DNA of 64,000 bases from an uncultured Actinomycetota bacterium (GCA_963764805.1 CAVXUB010000002.1:769028-833027), one strand, 5' to 3'. Shown: positions 28,512 through 38,562, counted from the first letter of the stretch. A program made the numbers and translations. The notes: generated from the sequence alone by a model not told the origin.

Positions 28512-29453
28512 TCAGAACCGGACCGCCAGGTCTCGTGCTCGGTGGCAGACATCCTCAAAGGATGGTCGGATCGCCTCCGGGTAGCAGACTGCGTCGAGCA
28601 TCCGCAGGTACCCCTCATCGATACGCCCTGCCAAGTCGGGATCTCTGAAGCAAGCCGAGTTGGCAAACCCCCCATCAGGCACGACAGCACCGCCGTACCA
28701 GCGAGCTGATACCTCAAGGCAGTCAGCGACCACCTCGTCGCGGTTCGTTCCCTCGTCGAGCCACCGCAGTGCCGGCGAGATGTCCTCGTCCCATAGGAAG
28801 TACAGGTCGTAGAAGTGCCTGGCCTCCGTGTCACTGAGCTTCCGCCGCTCATCGTCGAGGAGCTTGGTGCCGATGCCGTCGACTGCGAACAACTTCTCGA
28901 CCATCGTCCGCGCCGGATGCAGCACGGCAATCTCGAATGACGTCAGGTCCTCGTAGGCACTCTCGCCGAGGACACCGCCCATGAGCGAGACGATCGTCTT
29001 GCGCTCGGAAGGCTTCGGCCCACCCCGTATGCCTGGTTCGACAACAATCTGCCGCCGCATGCCCTTCGCTCTCGGCAGGTCGGGCAGCAGCATGTACTCG
29101 ACGAACATCCGCCTGGAGAGCCCGACGTTCTGGACGTCGACGTCAGCAGGGCCGTTGAGAACCTCAGACGCCACGCCCTCGACGTCGTCGAGAAGTGCCT
29201 CGGTCTCGTCGCCCTCCTCGCTCAGGAGCAACAGGTCGATGTCCTCGGAGAAGCGCTCGACGAGCCGGTAGGCCTTCGACAGACTCGTGCCCCCCTTGAA
29301 GAGGAACATCCCGTCGAGGCGGCCCACCAGCTCGCGGAGCACTTCGGTGACCCAGTAGTCCTTCTCGACCTGGCGCTCGGCGATGCCGAGCTCAGCGGCC
29401 GCAGCGATGACGCCGGCTCGGAAGTCCTTGAGTGCACTACGGAGGAGCGTCAC
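28512..29453 (-). CDS. AbiEii/AbiGii-family nucleotidyltransferase toxin (DUF1814)
   Basis: GTG 29453 overlaps the AbiEi stop (TAGTG). Family-typical N-terminus KDYWVTEVLRELVG...FLFKGGTSLSKAY...RFSEDIDL. Confidence 0.85.
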   Translation of the reverse strand: MTLLRSALKDFRAGVIAAAAELGIAERQVEKDYWVTEVLRELVGRLDGMFLFKGGTSLSKAYRLVERFSEDIDLLLLSEEGDETEALLDDVEGVASEVLNGPADVDVQNVGLSRRMFVEYMLLPDLPRAKGMRRQIVVEPGIRGGPKPSERKTIVSLMGGVLGESAYEDLTSFEIAVLHPARTMVEKLFAVDGIGTKLLDDERRKLSDTEARHFYDLYFLWDEDISPALRWLDEGTNRDEVVADCLEVSARWYGGAVVPDGGFANSACFRDPDLAGRIDEGYLRMLDAVCYPEAIRPSFEDVCHRARDLAVRF

Positions 29454-30142
29454 TAGACCGACCCCGCCGTCATCCCGAACGCGACGGGCGACCGCGGCGC
29501 CCACACCCGCGCCGCGGCATCGTGCTCGCCGGCCGCCTCGAGAACTCCCCGGAGGCGCCCGCGCACGGCGGCGGGCTCGTAACGGGCAGCTCGCACGAGT
29601 CGGTCGACGCGCACGGCCCCCGAGCTCACCAGCTCGATGACGCGACGCTGAGCCGAGTCGTCGTCGAGCTCGACTACGCGGTCCCAGTCGCCGAGCACTT
29701 CCAGCAACGCCACTTCGACCGGCAGCAGCCCAGCAGCAATCCGGCCGCGCCTTCCGGACCGGTCGACGAAACGGACCTGAGACACCGGGCGGGGAACACG
29801 ATGAGGCACGGCGACGATGTCGCGCGCCGGGACTTGAGTTGTGAGGCCCAGGTCGTTGGCGGCACTCAGCCCCGCCGGCCCGACGCCTTTGCCGCCGACC
29901 ACAGCCCTCACGATCGCCGATGTCGGCGGCCGGGACATCCCGAAAGGCGTCTGCCTGCCTCGCCAGTACAGCCCGCGCCTGACCCTTCGCAGGTCACCCT
30001 TGTTGGCAAGCTGAGCGAGCGCGCGGTCGACCTGAATCGGATCACCAAAGTCATCGAGGTCGCGTGCTGTCCAGAAGCGGTCGGCCGACCCCTTCGCCAC
30101 CTTGGCCCGAACCCTGCCCGTCACTCCGATCGTCTTCGCCAT
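29453..30142 (-). CDS. AbiEi-family type IV antitoxin / transcriptional regulator
   Basis: The N-terminal wHTH-like segment is FWTARDLDDFGDPIQVDRALAQLANKGDLRRVRRGLY. It lies immediately upstream of, and is coupled to, the AbiEii gene. Confidence 0.8.
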   Translation of the reverse strand: MAKTIGVTGRVRAKVAKGSADRFWTARDLDDFGDPIQVDRALAQLANKGDLRRVRRGLYWRGRQTPFGMSRPPTSAIVRAVVGGKGVGPAGLSAANDLGLTTQVPARDIVAVPHRVPRPVSQVRFVDRSGRRGRIAAGLLPVEVALLEVLGDWDRVVELDDDSAQRRVIELVSSGAVRVDRLVRAARYEPAAVRGRLRGVLEAAGEHDAAARVWAPRSPVAFGMTAGSV

Positions 30143-30697
30143 CCTTCACTCCCAGCTACATGATACCCGAGCCGAATAACGCGCCACGCGAACTGTGGCC
30201 GGTGCGGTGTCGACGCTATCGTCGGCCGACCCCTGCCGCCGCCTGCGACACCAAGAACATAAGTGCAGCAGCCGACGGGAAGGGGACCTCAAGATGGGCG
30301 AGAAGGTCTACGTGCTGGTCGAGCCGGCATACAGCCCGAGTTGTCGGGACCTTACGCGACCGTCTCGGAGTTCGAGACAGCCTTCCTCCGCGGTATTTGT
30401 GGCCACGGTAGGTGCCGACGGCGGCCTCGAGGTCTATTCGGTGTCCGGGCCTTTCGCCGAGGATCTCGAGACCTTGGGGACGGGCCGCGTTGTCGCCTCT
30501 CTAGCTATCTCGCCGGGGGGCACGCCCGGATCGCCAGCGTCGTCAACCCTGGCGAGACAGACCGGATCTGTGTGTTCTGCTGGCACGATCGTCTCGCATG
30601 ACGCAGGTCGGGGCGGCGCGACGCGCAGCGGAGCTGCGGGACCAGGAGGGTGGACGGCACGCTCAGCTGGTCGAGGTCAGCGCCCGTATCGCGTTCG

Positions 30698-31495
30698 TCA
30701 CAGACCCTTGGGCTTCAACCCGTTGGCCATGCAGTAGGCGACGATGGCGTTGTCGAGCAGCTTGCTCGAGGATGTCCGCCATCCGCCACCGACCAGCCGG
30801 GAGGGCTTGGCGGCGCGGGCGAGGTAGGCGAACGACCCATACGCCGTCGTCAGGATCTTTGTCTGCCGATCCTGCGGATCGATGGGCCACCACCCGAAGA
30901 ACGCTCCCGTAAAGCGCCGGTCCATGGGTGGGACAAGATCGGGCAGGAGGTGGTGCAGCGTCTTGGTGCCCGGGACGATCAGCGACTTGTTGTCGACGAT
31001 GCCCAGTCCGCTGATGAGTCGGTCGATCTTGCTGACGACGTCGGTGATGTCGAGCGAGTCCTCTTCGATGCTCAGACCGGCCAGAGCTGCTACTTCCGGC
31101 TCGCAAGCTTGCAGGCGCTGGCGAAATAGCTCGATCGGAACGAGTCTCGACGCTCTCCGTCCGATCCCCCAGAGCCCGAGGGTCTCGTACAAGTAGCCAA
31201 TGAAGACCGGGTCCGCGATGGCAAGAGACACCGAACCCAGTTCCCGGCGACGGTCGATCGTCCGGCGATGGGACTCATACTGACCGTCACGACGGAATGG
31301 CACCTGTGCGTCGTACTCACCGACCAGGGCGTCGAAGCTGTCGATCACCTCCTCGACTCTCTGACGGAGGGAAACCTGTGGTTGGTCCTCTCTGGGCCGT
31401 CGGGTAGCCCGATGCGGGATCGCGGGTCTCTCCGCTCGAACCGCCTCGCGCTCTTCGTCGCTGAGGAGCCGGTACCAACCGTGCTCGGTTCGCAT
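30698..31495 (-). CDS. Hypothetical protein (265 aa), no family recognised
   Basis: An internal ATG at 31495 in the 833-aa composite ORF. The sequence from MRTEHGWYRLLSDEEREAV to ...NAIVAYCMANGLKPKGL has ordinary protein-like composition. The text upstream of it is out-of-frame over an IS remnant. Confidence 0.6.
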   Translation of the reverse strand: MRTEHGWYRLLSDEEREAVRAERPAIPHRATRRPREDQPQVSLRQRVEEVIDSFDALVGEYDAQVPFRRDGQYESHRRTIDRRRELGSVSLAIADPVFIGYLYETLGLWGIGRRASRLVPIELFRQRLQACEPEVAALAGLSIEEDSLDITDVVSKIDRLISGLGIVDNKSLIVPGTKTLHHLLPDLVPPMDRRFTGAFFGWWPIDPQDRQTKILTTAYGSFAYLARAAKPSRLVGGGWRTSSSKLLDNAIVAYCMANGLKPKGL

Positions 31496-31569
31496 GAGCA
31501 CCTTGCCGTGGGGCTGGCAGGCCCACGACCTGCGTTTAGTGTCATCCCTTGGACTACCGGCTGAATCGA

Positions 31570-31929
31570 GCTTCGGTACATCGTCGAGATCGAGCAGAGG
31601 TAGGTGCCGTCGTCGAGCAGCCGGGCCCAGATCTGCGCCGGGGCGAGGTCGCAGTACTCCTCCGAACGCAGCAGCGAGAGGACGTGCTGGCGCTCGACCT
31701 CGCTGAGCGCGTTGGGAGGAGCTGGCCGCGGCACCGGCGGGCCGAGCACGGGCGGCCGGCGCCGGCGGTAGCGCGTCGCCCGCGAGGCGCCGAGCAGCTC
31801 GCAGGCTTGCTTGGTCGAGGTCACCGCCTCGAGGCCGGTGAAGTGCTTGTCGGTCACGGCTTGTGCTTCGGGTCCGTCCGCCGCCAAGATCTCCAAAGAC
31901 CCGATCCCCGGCTGGCAGAACCACCGCAC
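31570..31929 (-). mobile_element. N-terminal fragment of an rve-type (IS3/IS481 superfamily) transposase, truncated after ...LCSISTMYR
   Basis: An HTH (KQACELLGASRATRYRRRR) and the conserved LSEVERQHVLSLLRSEEYCDLAPAQIWARLLDDGTYLCSISTMYR block are present. No DDE catalytic core follows. Confidence 0.7.
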
Positions 31930-32785
31930 CGACCTGGGACTCCATGTCGGCCGCGATCAGACGGCCGAGCTCCTGCGCCGAGGTCGGCCCCGGCTGGCTC
32001 CCATGCTTGCGCTGGAGTCGGCGCACTGCAGCTGGACCGACCTTGAAGAACGATCGGAGGGTCGCCAGGTCCTTGGCGACAGCGCGCGACAGCACGGCAT
32101 CCGAGGCCGTCCGTTCGCTAATGATGCTGTCGAGCTGGCTGAGGAGCCGGCTGCTGGCGCCCGAGAGGAACGAGTGGAGGGATCGGCGCACCTCCTCCGC
32201 GAGCACGACCTCGGTCCCGGCGCCCTTGATGACGCTGGCGGGCACGGTCAGCCGCATACCAGCCCGTCGTCCTGGCCCGATCGGCTGGGCGAGCACCAGG
32301 AGCCGGATCAAGGCCCTGAAGGCGTCGGGTGTCGACGCCGCGAAAGGGTAGGCGTACATGATCTCGACAACATGGTCCGGGCTGGACGCGAGGCGCACCC
32401 GGGTCTTGGTCCCACGATCAACCAGAGCGATGGCGAGGTGCTCGCTCGGCGCGGCATGGGTGAAGTTGAAGGGCGGGCGGAGGCCACGCAACAGCTCGGT
32501 CTCTCGGTCGATGGCATGGGCTTCGCTCGGGTGCTCCTCCCATCGGATGGCAACCACCTGGTTGAGCATGTCGAGCAGCCGCTGGTCATCGCCCGGCCCG
32601 ATCCGGGCGTAGGACCGGAGCCGGGTCCGAAGGTTCTTAGCCTTGCCGACGTACAACAGGACACCATCAGGGCCGAGCATGAGGTAGACGCCGGGGCCGG
32701 CTGGGACCTTGCCGAAGAAATCGGCCCCCAGGCGTTCGGTCAGGGGCGCGGCCGCCGCCGGCGTCCCGTCTGCTGATCGCCCCAT
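31930..32785 (-). pseudogene. GIY-YIG nuclease-domain protein, 3-prime end apparently lost at the IS fragment
   Basis: ATG 32785. The GIY-YIG motif is GPGVYLMLGPDGVLLYVGKAKNLRTRLRSY...E. Protein-like sequence stops where the transposase fragment begins. Confidence 0.65.
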
Positions 32786-32874
32786 CGGTCCAACGCTAAC
32801 GACCCAGAACCAGCCCGGGCAGGGCGGGCGCCGGCGCGCGAAGGTGATGGGAACAACGCGATTGGGGGAGCACC

Positions 32875-33727
32875 ATGGCTGTCGAGGTACGCAACGACGT
32901 CCAGTTCGGAACTGGTGGGGGTCGACCGCTTCGGGCCGACCTGTACCTGCCGACTCCGCGGTCGGAGGGCGCTGCGCTGGTGATCCTGCTCCACGGCGGC
33001 GGCTGGCGGGGAGGCAGCCGGGGGATGGTCGAGGGCTACGGCCGGCGCCTGGCCGAGGCTGGCCTGGTCTGTATGGCCCCCGAGTACCGCCTGACCCCCG
33101 AGTCACCCTGGCCGGCCCAGATCCACGACACCAAGGCCGCCATCCGCTGGGCCCGCCGGCATGCCCCCGAGCTGGGCGCCGACACGACCAAACTGGCAAT
33201 CCTGGGTCGGTCAGCCGGCGGTCACCTGGCCCTGCTGGCGGCAGGGACCCCGGGGTTGGACGAGTACGAGGGCGACGGCGGTGAGCCGGGAGTCGACACC
33301 TCGGTGGCGGCCGCCATCGGCATCTTTCCGCCGACCCTCATGTACTCAGGTGCTCGCCCCCGGGGCGGAACCCCGGCATCGGCTCTGATGGGCGACGCCG
33401 CCACGGAAGAGTCGGCTCGTCTGGCCAGCCCGGTGGCCCACGTCGACGATGTGTACCCGCCCACCTTCCTGCTGCACGGGACCGAGGACCGCGTCGGTAC
33501 CGCCGTCGGCCAGCATGGTCATGTACGACGCCCTGGTGGCGGCCGGCCGCCCAGTGGAGCTGCACATGTACGCCGGCCAGCCCCATGGATTTGCCGGAGG
33601 GCCGGACTTCATCGACCTCTGTGCAGCCGAGATCATCCACTTCCTCGGCCGGGTCTTCGCCGGCCTGGGCCAGGCGGAAGAGCCATCTGTGGTCCGGGAC
33701 TCGGCGTGGCCCTTGGTCGGGCGATAG
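32875..33727 (+). CDS. Alpha/beta hydrolase (esterase/lipase, HGGGW type); 1-bp insertion at about 33496
   Basis: Oxyanion motif LHGGGW and nucleophile elbow GRSAGG. The C-terminal part (VPPSASMVMYDALVAAGRPVELHMYAGQPHGF) lies in the +1 frame. The span length is 3n+1. Confidence 0.8.
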
Positions 33728-34140
33728 CACGGCTGCCAGGGCCCGCCACCGACTTGGCCAGCGGCACCACCTAACCGACGTGGACACGGGTGTCGCAATT
33801 AGCGGACTGAACACCAGCCCCGAGACCCACCCGGTAGCCGTCGATCTGCGCTTCTCGGCGGTCTCGGTCGCGTCGGCCGTAGCGTGTACCAGATCAGTAG
33901 GTCTGAGCGCGTTAAGACCCACATCTTGGCGGCCGACCGCCCGGGTCGAACCGGCCTCATGCGTGCACGAGGGTTTCGAGAGCAACTTGAGCGCGACCTG
34001 GTAGCGCTCCCTTCGAGGGCCCACCGGCGTCGAGCATGATCCGGCGGAGCTTGCGGAGGTTCTCGATGGAAAGACCGCCGACCAATACAATCAGAGTCGC
34101 AGATGTTCACCCCGGTTTCTGCCTTGCGAATGCTGACTTG

Positions 34141-36597
34141 TCAGCGACGGAGGAGGTCGGCGACTGCGGTGAGCGGGTCGAGTTGGGAAGCGTCCGCGAC
34201 GCCGGCGCGGTACTCGCCCTCCTCGCGCAGCGCAGGGGTGAGGGTGCGCTCGTAGCGGACACGTTCGGCGTGCAGCATCCTGAAGCCGATCTGCTGCTCG
34301 ATCCGCTCGGCGAGTGTCCACAGCCGGCCCGCTGTGGTCGCGTCGTCGTTCTGTGCCGCCACGCAGGCGAGGCCGGCGAGGCAGTATGCCTGCAGCCGCA
34401 CGTCGTCCTCTTCTGGCGCGAGTGCGAGTGCCTCGTGGTAGTAGCGCTCCGCGGATGGCAGGTCCCCCTTGTCGAGGTAGAGGTCACCGAGACTGTGGAG
34501 CAGGGCGGAGACACTGCCGAGACCGTGCTCGCGCCGGCTCTCGATGGAACGTTGATACAGCTCGGCCGATCGCTCGAACTCGCCGGTGTCTCGGAGTCCC
34601 TCGGCGAGGTAGAAGACCGCACGGGCGATCCCGTCTACGTCGTCGAGTCGCTCGTAGATGTCCAGTGCCTGTTCTGACCATTTGAGGGTCTCCGCGGGGG
34701 AGCCGGCGACAAACTCGACGCCACCGAGGCGCAAGAGCACGTCTGCCTCCTTGCGCTCGTCCCCGACTTCTCGATAGAGCGTCAGCGCCTCGGTCAGCGC
34801 AGTCCGCGCCGGGGCGGGCGTGTCGGTGTAAACGAGGGTGATGCCGAGACCGGCGAGCACGTCGGCTCGCTGGCTGGGTGAGAACACGCTCGGATCCGCC
34901 AGCGCGCGCTCGTACCAGCGCCTGAGCTCGCTGTTACGGCCGGCTCCCAACCAGGTGTAGAACACTGAGTCCGCGAGCGGCAAGCCCGCCGCGACGTCGT
35001 GCTCGAGCGCCCAAGCGAGAGCGAGGCTGACATTGCCAGCGTCCTGCCGCAGGCGGGTCAGAGCGTCCGCCCGCCCCGCGCCTTGGTGGCCGGCGGCGAT
35101 GCCAAGCGCGAAGTACCAGCGGGCGTGCCGACCCCGGACGTCGTCTTGGTCTTCGCTCGCGTCGAGTTGCTCGAGCGCGTATTCGCGGGTTGTCTCCAAG
35201 AGGAAGAAGCGGCCGCTATCACCCTCGCGGAGCAGGCTCTTATCGACGAGCGACTGCAAGTCGTCAAGCTTCGCGTCACAGATCCGTTCGGCGGCCTCGA
35301 GCTCAAAACTGCCGACGAAGACCCCCAGCCTGGCGAACAAACGCTGCTCGGGCTCGCTCAACAGGTCATAGCTCCAGGCGATCGTGGCGCGCATCGTCGC
35401 CTGACGCGCGGGAAGGTCGCGCCCGCCGCCCGCCAGCAGCGGCAGCCGCTGCTCCAGCCTGGTCAGGAGCTGGCCCTCGGAGAGAACTTTGACGCGCGTC
35501 GCTGCGAGCTCGAGCGCCAGCGGCAGACGATCGAGGCGAGCACAGATCGCATCGACGGCCGCGCCCGGCTCAAAGCCCGGTTTGACCTGTCGCGCGCGGG
35601 CGGTGAACAACTCGACAGCGCCCGCATGTGATAGAGGCGGAACGGGGTACTCTTGTTCACCCGAGATCGCAAGCCTCTCGCGGCTGGTGGCGATCGCCGC
35701 ACACCCGGGCGCAGACGCGAGCAACTCGCCGACCAGGGGAGCGGCATCGATCACCTGCTCCAGGTTGTCAAGGACCAGCAGCAGCGACCGATGGCCTAGA
35801 TAAGTCGCGAGATCCTCACCTGCACCCACCGCGTTTGCGATCGTCGGCACCACGACCGCTGGGTCGGTAGCCACCGCCAGAGGTACCCACCACACCCCGT
35901 CGGCATAACGGTCCGCGAGCTCCGCTGCGAGCGCGAGCGCCAGCCGCGTCTTCCCTGTACCCCCCGTCCCGGTCAACGTCACGAGGCGGTGACTGTCGGC
36001 CAGCTCTAGCAGCTCCGCGAGTTCTTGCTCACGACCGAGCAGTGGAGTTGCCTGCACCGGCAGATGAACATGGCGCAGGGTCCTCAGCGGCGGGAACGTC
36101 GCGTCACCCAGCTGAAACAGGCGCTCCGGCGCGGCCAGGTCCTTGAGCCGGTGCTCCCCGAGGTCCTGCAGCGCGACGTCCGCAAGCGCCCGGGTCTGCG
36201 CCGAGACGAGGATCTGCCCGCCGTGCGCAGCCGAGGAGATCCGCGCCGCCTTGTGAACGGCCATCCCGAAATAGTCGCCTCCGACGAGAAGGACCTCACC
36301 CGAATGGACCCCCATGCGAACGCGCAACGGCCCATCCGCGAGCGCCGACTGCATCTCCCCTGCAGCCGCCAGACCTTCGCCTGCGCTCTGGAACACGAAG
36401 AAGAACGCATCGCCCTCCGTCCCCATCTCCACCCCGCCGTGGGCATCCGCGACAAAACGAAGCCGTTCACGATGCGCCATCAATACGCTGGCATATCGCT
36501 CGGGACCGAGCTCGTCCAACAAGCGCGTCGACCCCTCCACGTCGGTGAACAGCATCGTGACCGTGCCACTCGGAAGATGTCGCACCCCGGACTCCAC
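34141..36597 (-). CDS. Class III adenylate/guanylate cyclase domain / NB-ARC (STAND) ATPase / TPR protein
   Basis: The N-terminal cyclase is VTMLFTDVEGSTRL...GTEGDAFFFVF...VRMGVHSGEV. The Walker A is LTGTGGTGKTRLAL and Walker B LLLVLDN. TPR-like repeats occupy the C-terminal 300 aa. Confidence 0.9.
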   Translation of the reverse strand: MESGVRHLPSGTVTMLFTDVEGSTRLLDELGPERYASVLMAHRERLRFVADAHGGVEMGTEGDAFFFVFQSAGEGLAAAGEMQSALADGPLRVRMGVHSGEVLLVGGDYFGMAVHKAARISSAAHGGQILVSAQTRALADVALQDLGEHRLKDLAAPERLFQLGDATFPPLRTLRHVHLPVQATPLLGREQELAELLELADSHRLVTLTGTGGTGKTRLALALAAELADRYADGVWWVPLAVATDPAVVVPTIANAVGAGEDLATYLGHRSLLLVLDNLEQVIDAAPLVGELLASAPGCAAIATSRERLAISGEQEYPVPPLSHAGAVELFTARARQVKPGFEPGAAVDAICARLDRLPLALELAATRVKVLSEGQLLTRLEQRLPLLAGGGRDLPARQATMRATIAWSYDLLSEPEQRLFARLGVFVGSFELEAAERICDAKLDDLQSLVDKSLLREGDSGRFFLLETTREYALEQLDASEDQDDVRGRHARWYFALGIAAGHQGAGRADALTRLRQDAGNVSLALAWALEHDVAAGLPLADSVFYTWLGAGRNSELRRWYERALADPSVFSPSQRADVLAGLGITLVYTDTPAPARTALTEALTLYREVGDERKEADVLLRLGGVEFVAGSPAETLKWSEQALDIYERLDDVDGIARAVFYLAEGLRDTGEFERSAELYQRSIESRREHGLGSVSALLHSLGDLYLDKGDLPSAERYYHEALALAPEEDDVRLQAYCLAGLACVAAQNDDATTAGRLWTLAERIEQQIGFRMLHAERVRYERTLTPALREEGEYRAGVADASQLDPLTAVADLLRR

Positions 36598-37127
36598 GAC
36601 CCAGACGCTATCCCGCCCACGCCCGCAGGCTCAGCGCCGATGCTCTCACACCACTCAACCCAGGGGACGAGCACTCCCCCGCCGTGTGAACCCCGGCCAC
36701 CGCGGCTGGGTAGTGCTGGTTCACGTCGGGCTCGGTCATTGGTCCTCTGTTCGCGCCGCCTCGTTCCATTCCGATTCCATTCGCGGGAGAAGTGTCCATC
36801 GGCGCATAGTGTTCCATCTTGCGCTCAGGCGGGTGGCTCCAGGCCGTGAACTCCCTCCGCCCGAGTCGGCAGGGAGGATGTAGGTAGAGCTGGTTGGGGC
36901 ATCCACCATGACGGTTGTGGTGGGGGCGTACGGTCAGCTTCGCCGAGGTCCTGGTCTGACTTGGAAAGAAGGTTGACGCTGGCTGTCTGAAAGGAACTTG
37001 GTCGGCCAGGTCCTCGGTGGTGGCACTGCCGGTTGAGATGCGGCGGATCGCCCTGCGGGAACAGGACGATCCACCGTGCCGCACGAGGCGGCGGTGCCAT
37101 CCCGAACCGATGACATCAAAGGTAGGG

Positions 37128-37367
37128 ATGGCAGTGACAATCGTAGATACCTCGCGCCCGATCACCGGCGGCGTCGACACTCACCTCGATGTGCACGTGG
37201 CCACCGCGCTGGATGGCATCGGCGGCCTGTTGGGGGTGGAGCAGTTCAAGACCACCCCGGCGGGCAACAAGGCGCTGCTGGTGTGGCTGCGCAGCTTCGG
37301 CGACCCGGTCCGGGTCGGTGTGGAGGGGACCGGCTCGTATGGGGCCGGCCTGGCAGCCCGAAGATGA
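37128..37367 (+). mobile_element. IS110-family transposase, N-terminal 79-aa fragment
   Basis: ITGGVDTHLDVHVATALD...FKTTPAGNKALLVWLRSFGDPVRVGVEGTGSYGAGLA matches the DEDD N-terminal domain. The ORF stops right after it and no C-terminal domain follows. Confidence 0.8.
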
Positions 37368-37371
37368 GAGG

Positions 37372-37474
37372 CCGCCGCATCGGCGATGGTGGACTTGCCA
37401 GTGCACTGGAGGCCCGTGACGAGCACTAGTACCCGGCGGACAGGGCCGTCTCCATGGTCGGTCGGTTCGCCCAT
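37372..37474 (-). pseudogene. About 35-codon remnant of a P-loop kinase-like gene abutting the IS110 fragment
   Basis: MGEPTDHGDGPVRRVLVLVTGLQCTGKSTIADAAA (Walker A), after which the sequence runs into the IS110 remnant. Confidence 0.4.
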
Positions 37475-37712
37475 CCGGGGCAACCTACCGATGTCTGTCG
37501 AGGCGTGCTCCGAACAACAGCGCATCAGGTTCTCCTCGGTTGTCGTGCGAGGACGCGAAATCGGCGATCCGCGCTAAACGCTGGCGATGCCTAGTGAGAG
37601 CAATCTCAGCCAACGCTCGCAGAGCCTCGTCTCAACAACGCGCGTCTGGGCCGGGGGTCGCCTTCAGAACCCTTCAGTCGGGGGTACACACGGCCGTCCC
37701 AACCAACGACAG

Positions 37713-37976
37713 TCAGGCTGAGCCGATGACCGAACCGAACTGGAGGGTATCTAACGTCACGCCGGGCGCCTCGGCACCCTCGGGAGGCGCGACCGCTCGG
37801 GCCTGCTCCTCGGTCTCAAACACCGCGATCGAGACCCCGTGGGCGTCATCGACGGCGACGAAATAGGCGCCGACGAATCCGGGGGCTCCCTTCATCATTG
37901 GTATGACCTCCTCAGCGAGGCCCCGCTCCGCCTCGGCCAGGTCAGTGATATTGGCGTGGATCACAGTGGCGTGCAT
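37713..37976 (-). CDS. Small ABM/Dabb-like (antibiotic biosynthesis monooxygenase fold) protein
   Basis: AAGGAG precedes ATG 37976. 87 aa, with the pattern GFVGAYFVAVDDAHGVSIAVFETEEQA. Confidence 0.6.
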   Translation of the reverse strand: MHATVIHANITDLAEAERGLAEEVIPMMKGAPGFVGAYFVAVDDAHGVSIAVFETEEQARAVAPPEGAEAPGVTLDTLQFGSVIGSA

Positions 37977-38212
37977 GCCCAATCTCCTTGGTGCGCTGTC
38001 GACCTTGCGACGTTGGCCGGGGTTCAACCTGACGATTGCGGCTGGGGTGTAGCGCGACAGATTATTCCATCTCGCGCATATGCCGGGCGATCCGCAAGGT
38101 GCGGCCTGGGCGCGGAGTCGGCGATTCGAGCGATGCGCCGGCTTTGTGCTGGCTCAGCTCATTCGAGCACAACACCGTCTGGGGTTGGTCTCACCGGTGA
38201 TACGCTCATGTC

Positions 38213-38449
38213 ATGAGTGAGGTATCCATCCGGGACTTGCGCAACCACGGGGGCGAGGTCATCAAGCGCGTGGAACGCGGCGAGCGGCTCACAGTCACAC
38301 GCGACGGCCGCCAGGTGGCGGAACTGCGGCCCCTCGGTCCGCTCCCCGTCAAGGCCGCAGTCCTCATCGAACGCTGGTCCCGACTGCCTCGACTCGATCC
38401 CGCATGCCTACGCCGAGACCTCGACCAGGTCATCGACTCAAGCCCGTGA
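38213..38449 (+). CDS. Phd/YefM-type (VapB-like) antitoxin
   Basis: The typical N-terminus is MSEVSIRDLRNHGGEVIKRVERGERLTVTRDGRQVAEL. There is a GTGA overlap with the following PIN fragment. Confidence 0.8.
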   Translation: MSEVSIRDLRNHGGEVIKRVERGERLTVTRDGRQVAELRPLGPLPVKAAVLIERWSRLPRLDPACLRRDLDQVIDSSP

Positions 38450-38562
38450 CCGCGCTCGGGTTGCTGGATACATCGACCGTCGTTCTACTGGGCCGCCTCC
38501 AGGCAGAGGACCTGCCCGAAGAACCTCTGATCAGCGCAGTCACCCTGGCGGAGCTGTTCTGA
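38446..38562 (+). pseudogene. VapC (PIN-domain) toxin, truncated after 38 codons
   Basis: VTALGLLDTSTVVLLGRLQAEDLPEEPLISAVTLAELF is a PIN N-terminus with the first acidic residue. A stop follows and no further PIN sequence is seen downstream. Confidence 0.7.

Noticed and set aside
30195-30737. Small plus-strand ORFs between AbiEi and the 265-aa gene (MGEKVYVLVEPAYSP..., MTQVGAARRAAELRDQEGG...).
   Set aside because: Protein-like stretches appear only if two extra frame changes are assumed. No motif was recognised, and the region may simply be the AbiE promoter and spacer.
30698-33199. The 833-aa minus-strand ORF read as a single large protein.
   Set aside because: It is a chance in-frame concatenation of a GIY-YIG gene, the out-of-frame shadow of a transposase fragment and a separate 265-aa gene. 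The middle third is Arg/Ala/Pro junk.
33728-34140. A possible recombinase or transposase remnant on the minus strand (LVGGLSIENLRKLRRIMLDAGG..., ...GWVSGLVFSP...).
   Set aside because: The fragments are short, lie in competing frames over the same bases, and match no motif I can name with confidence.
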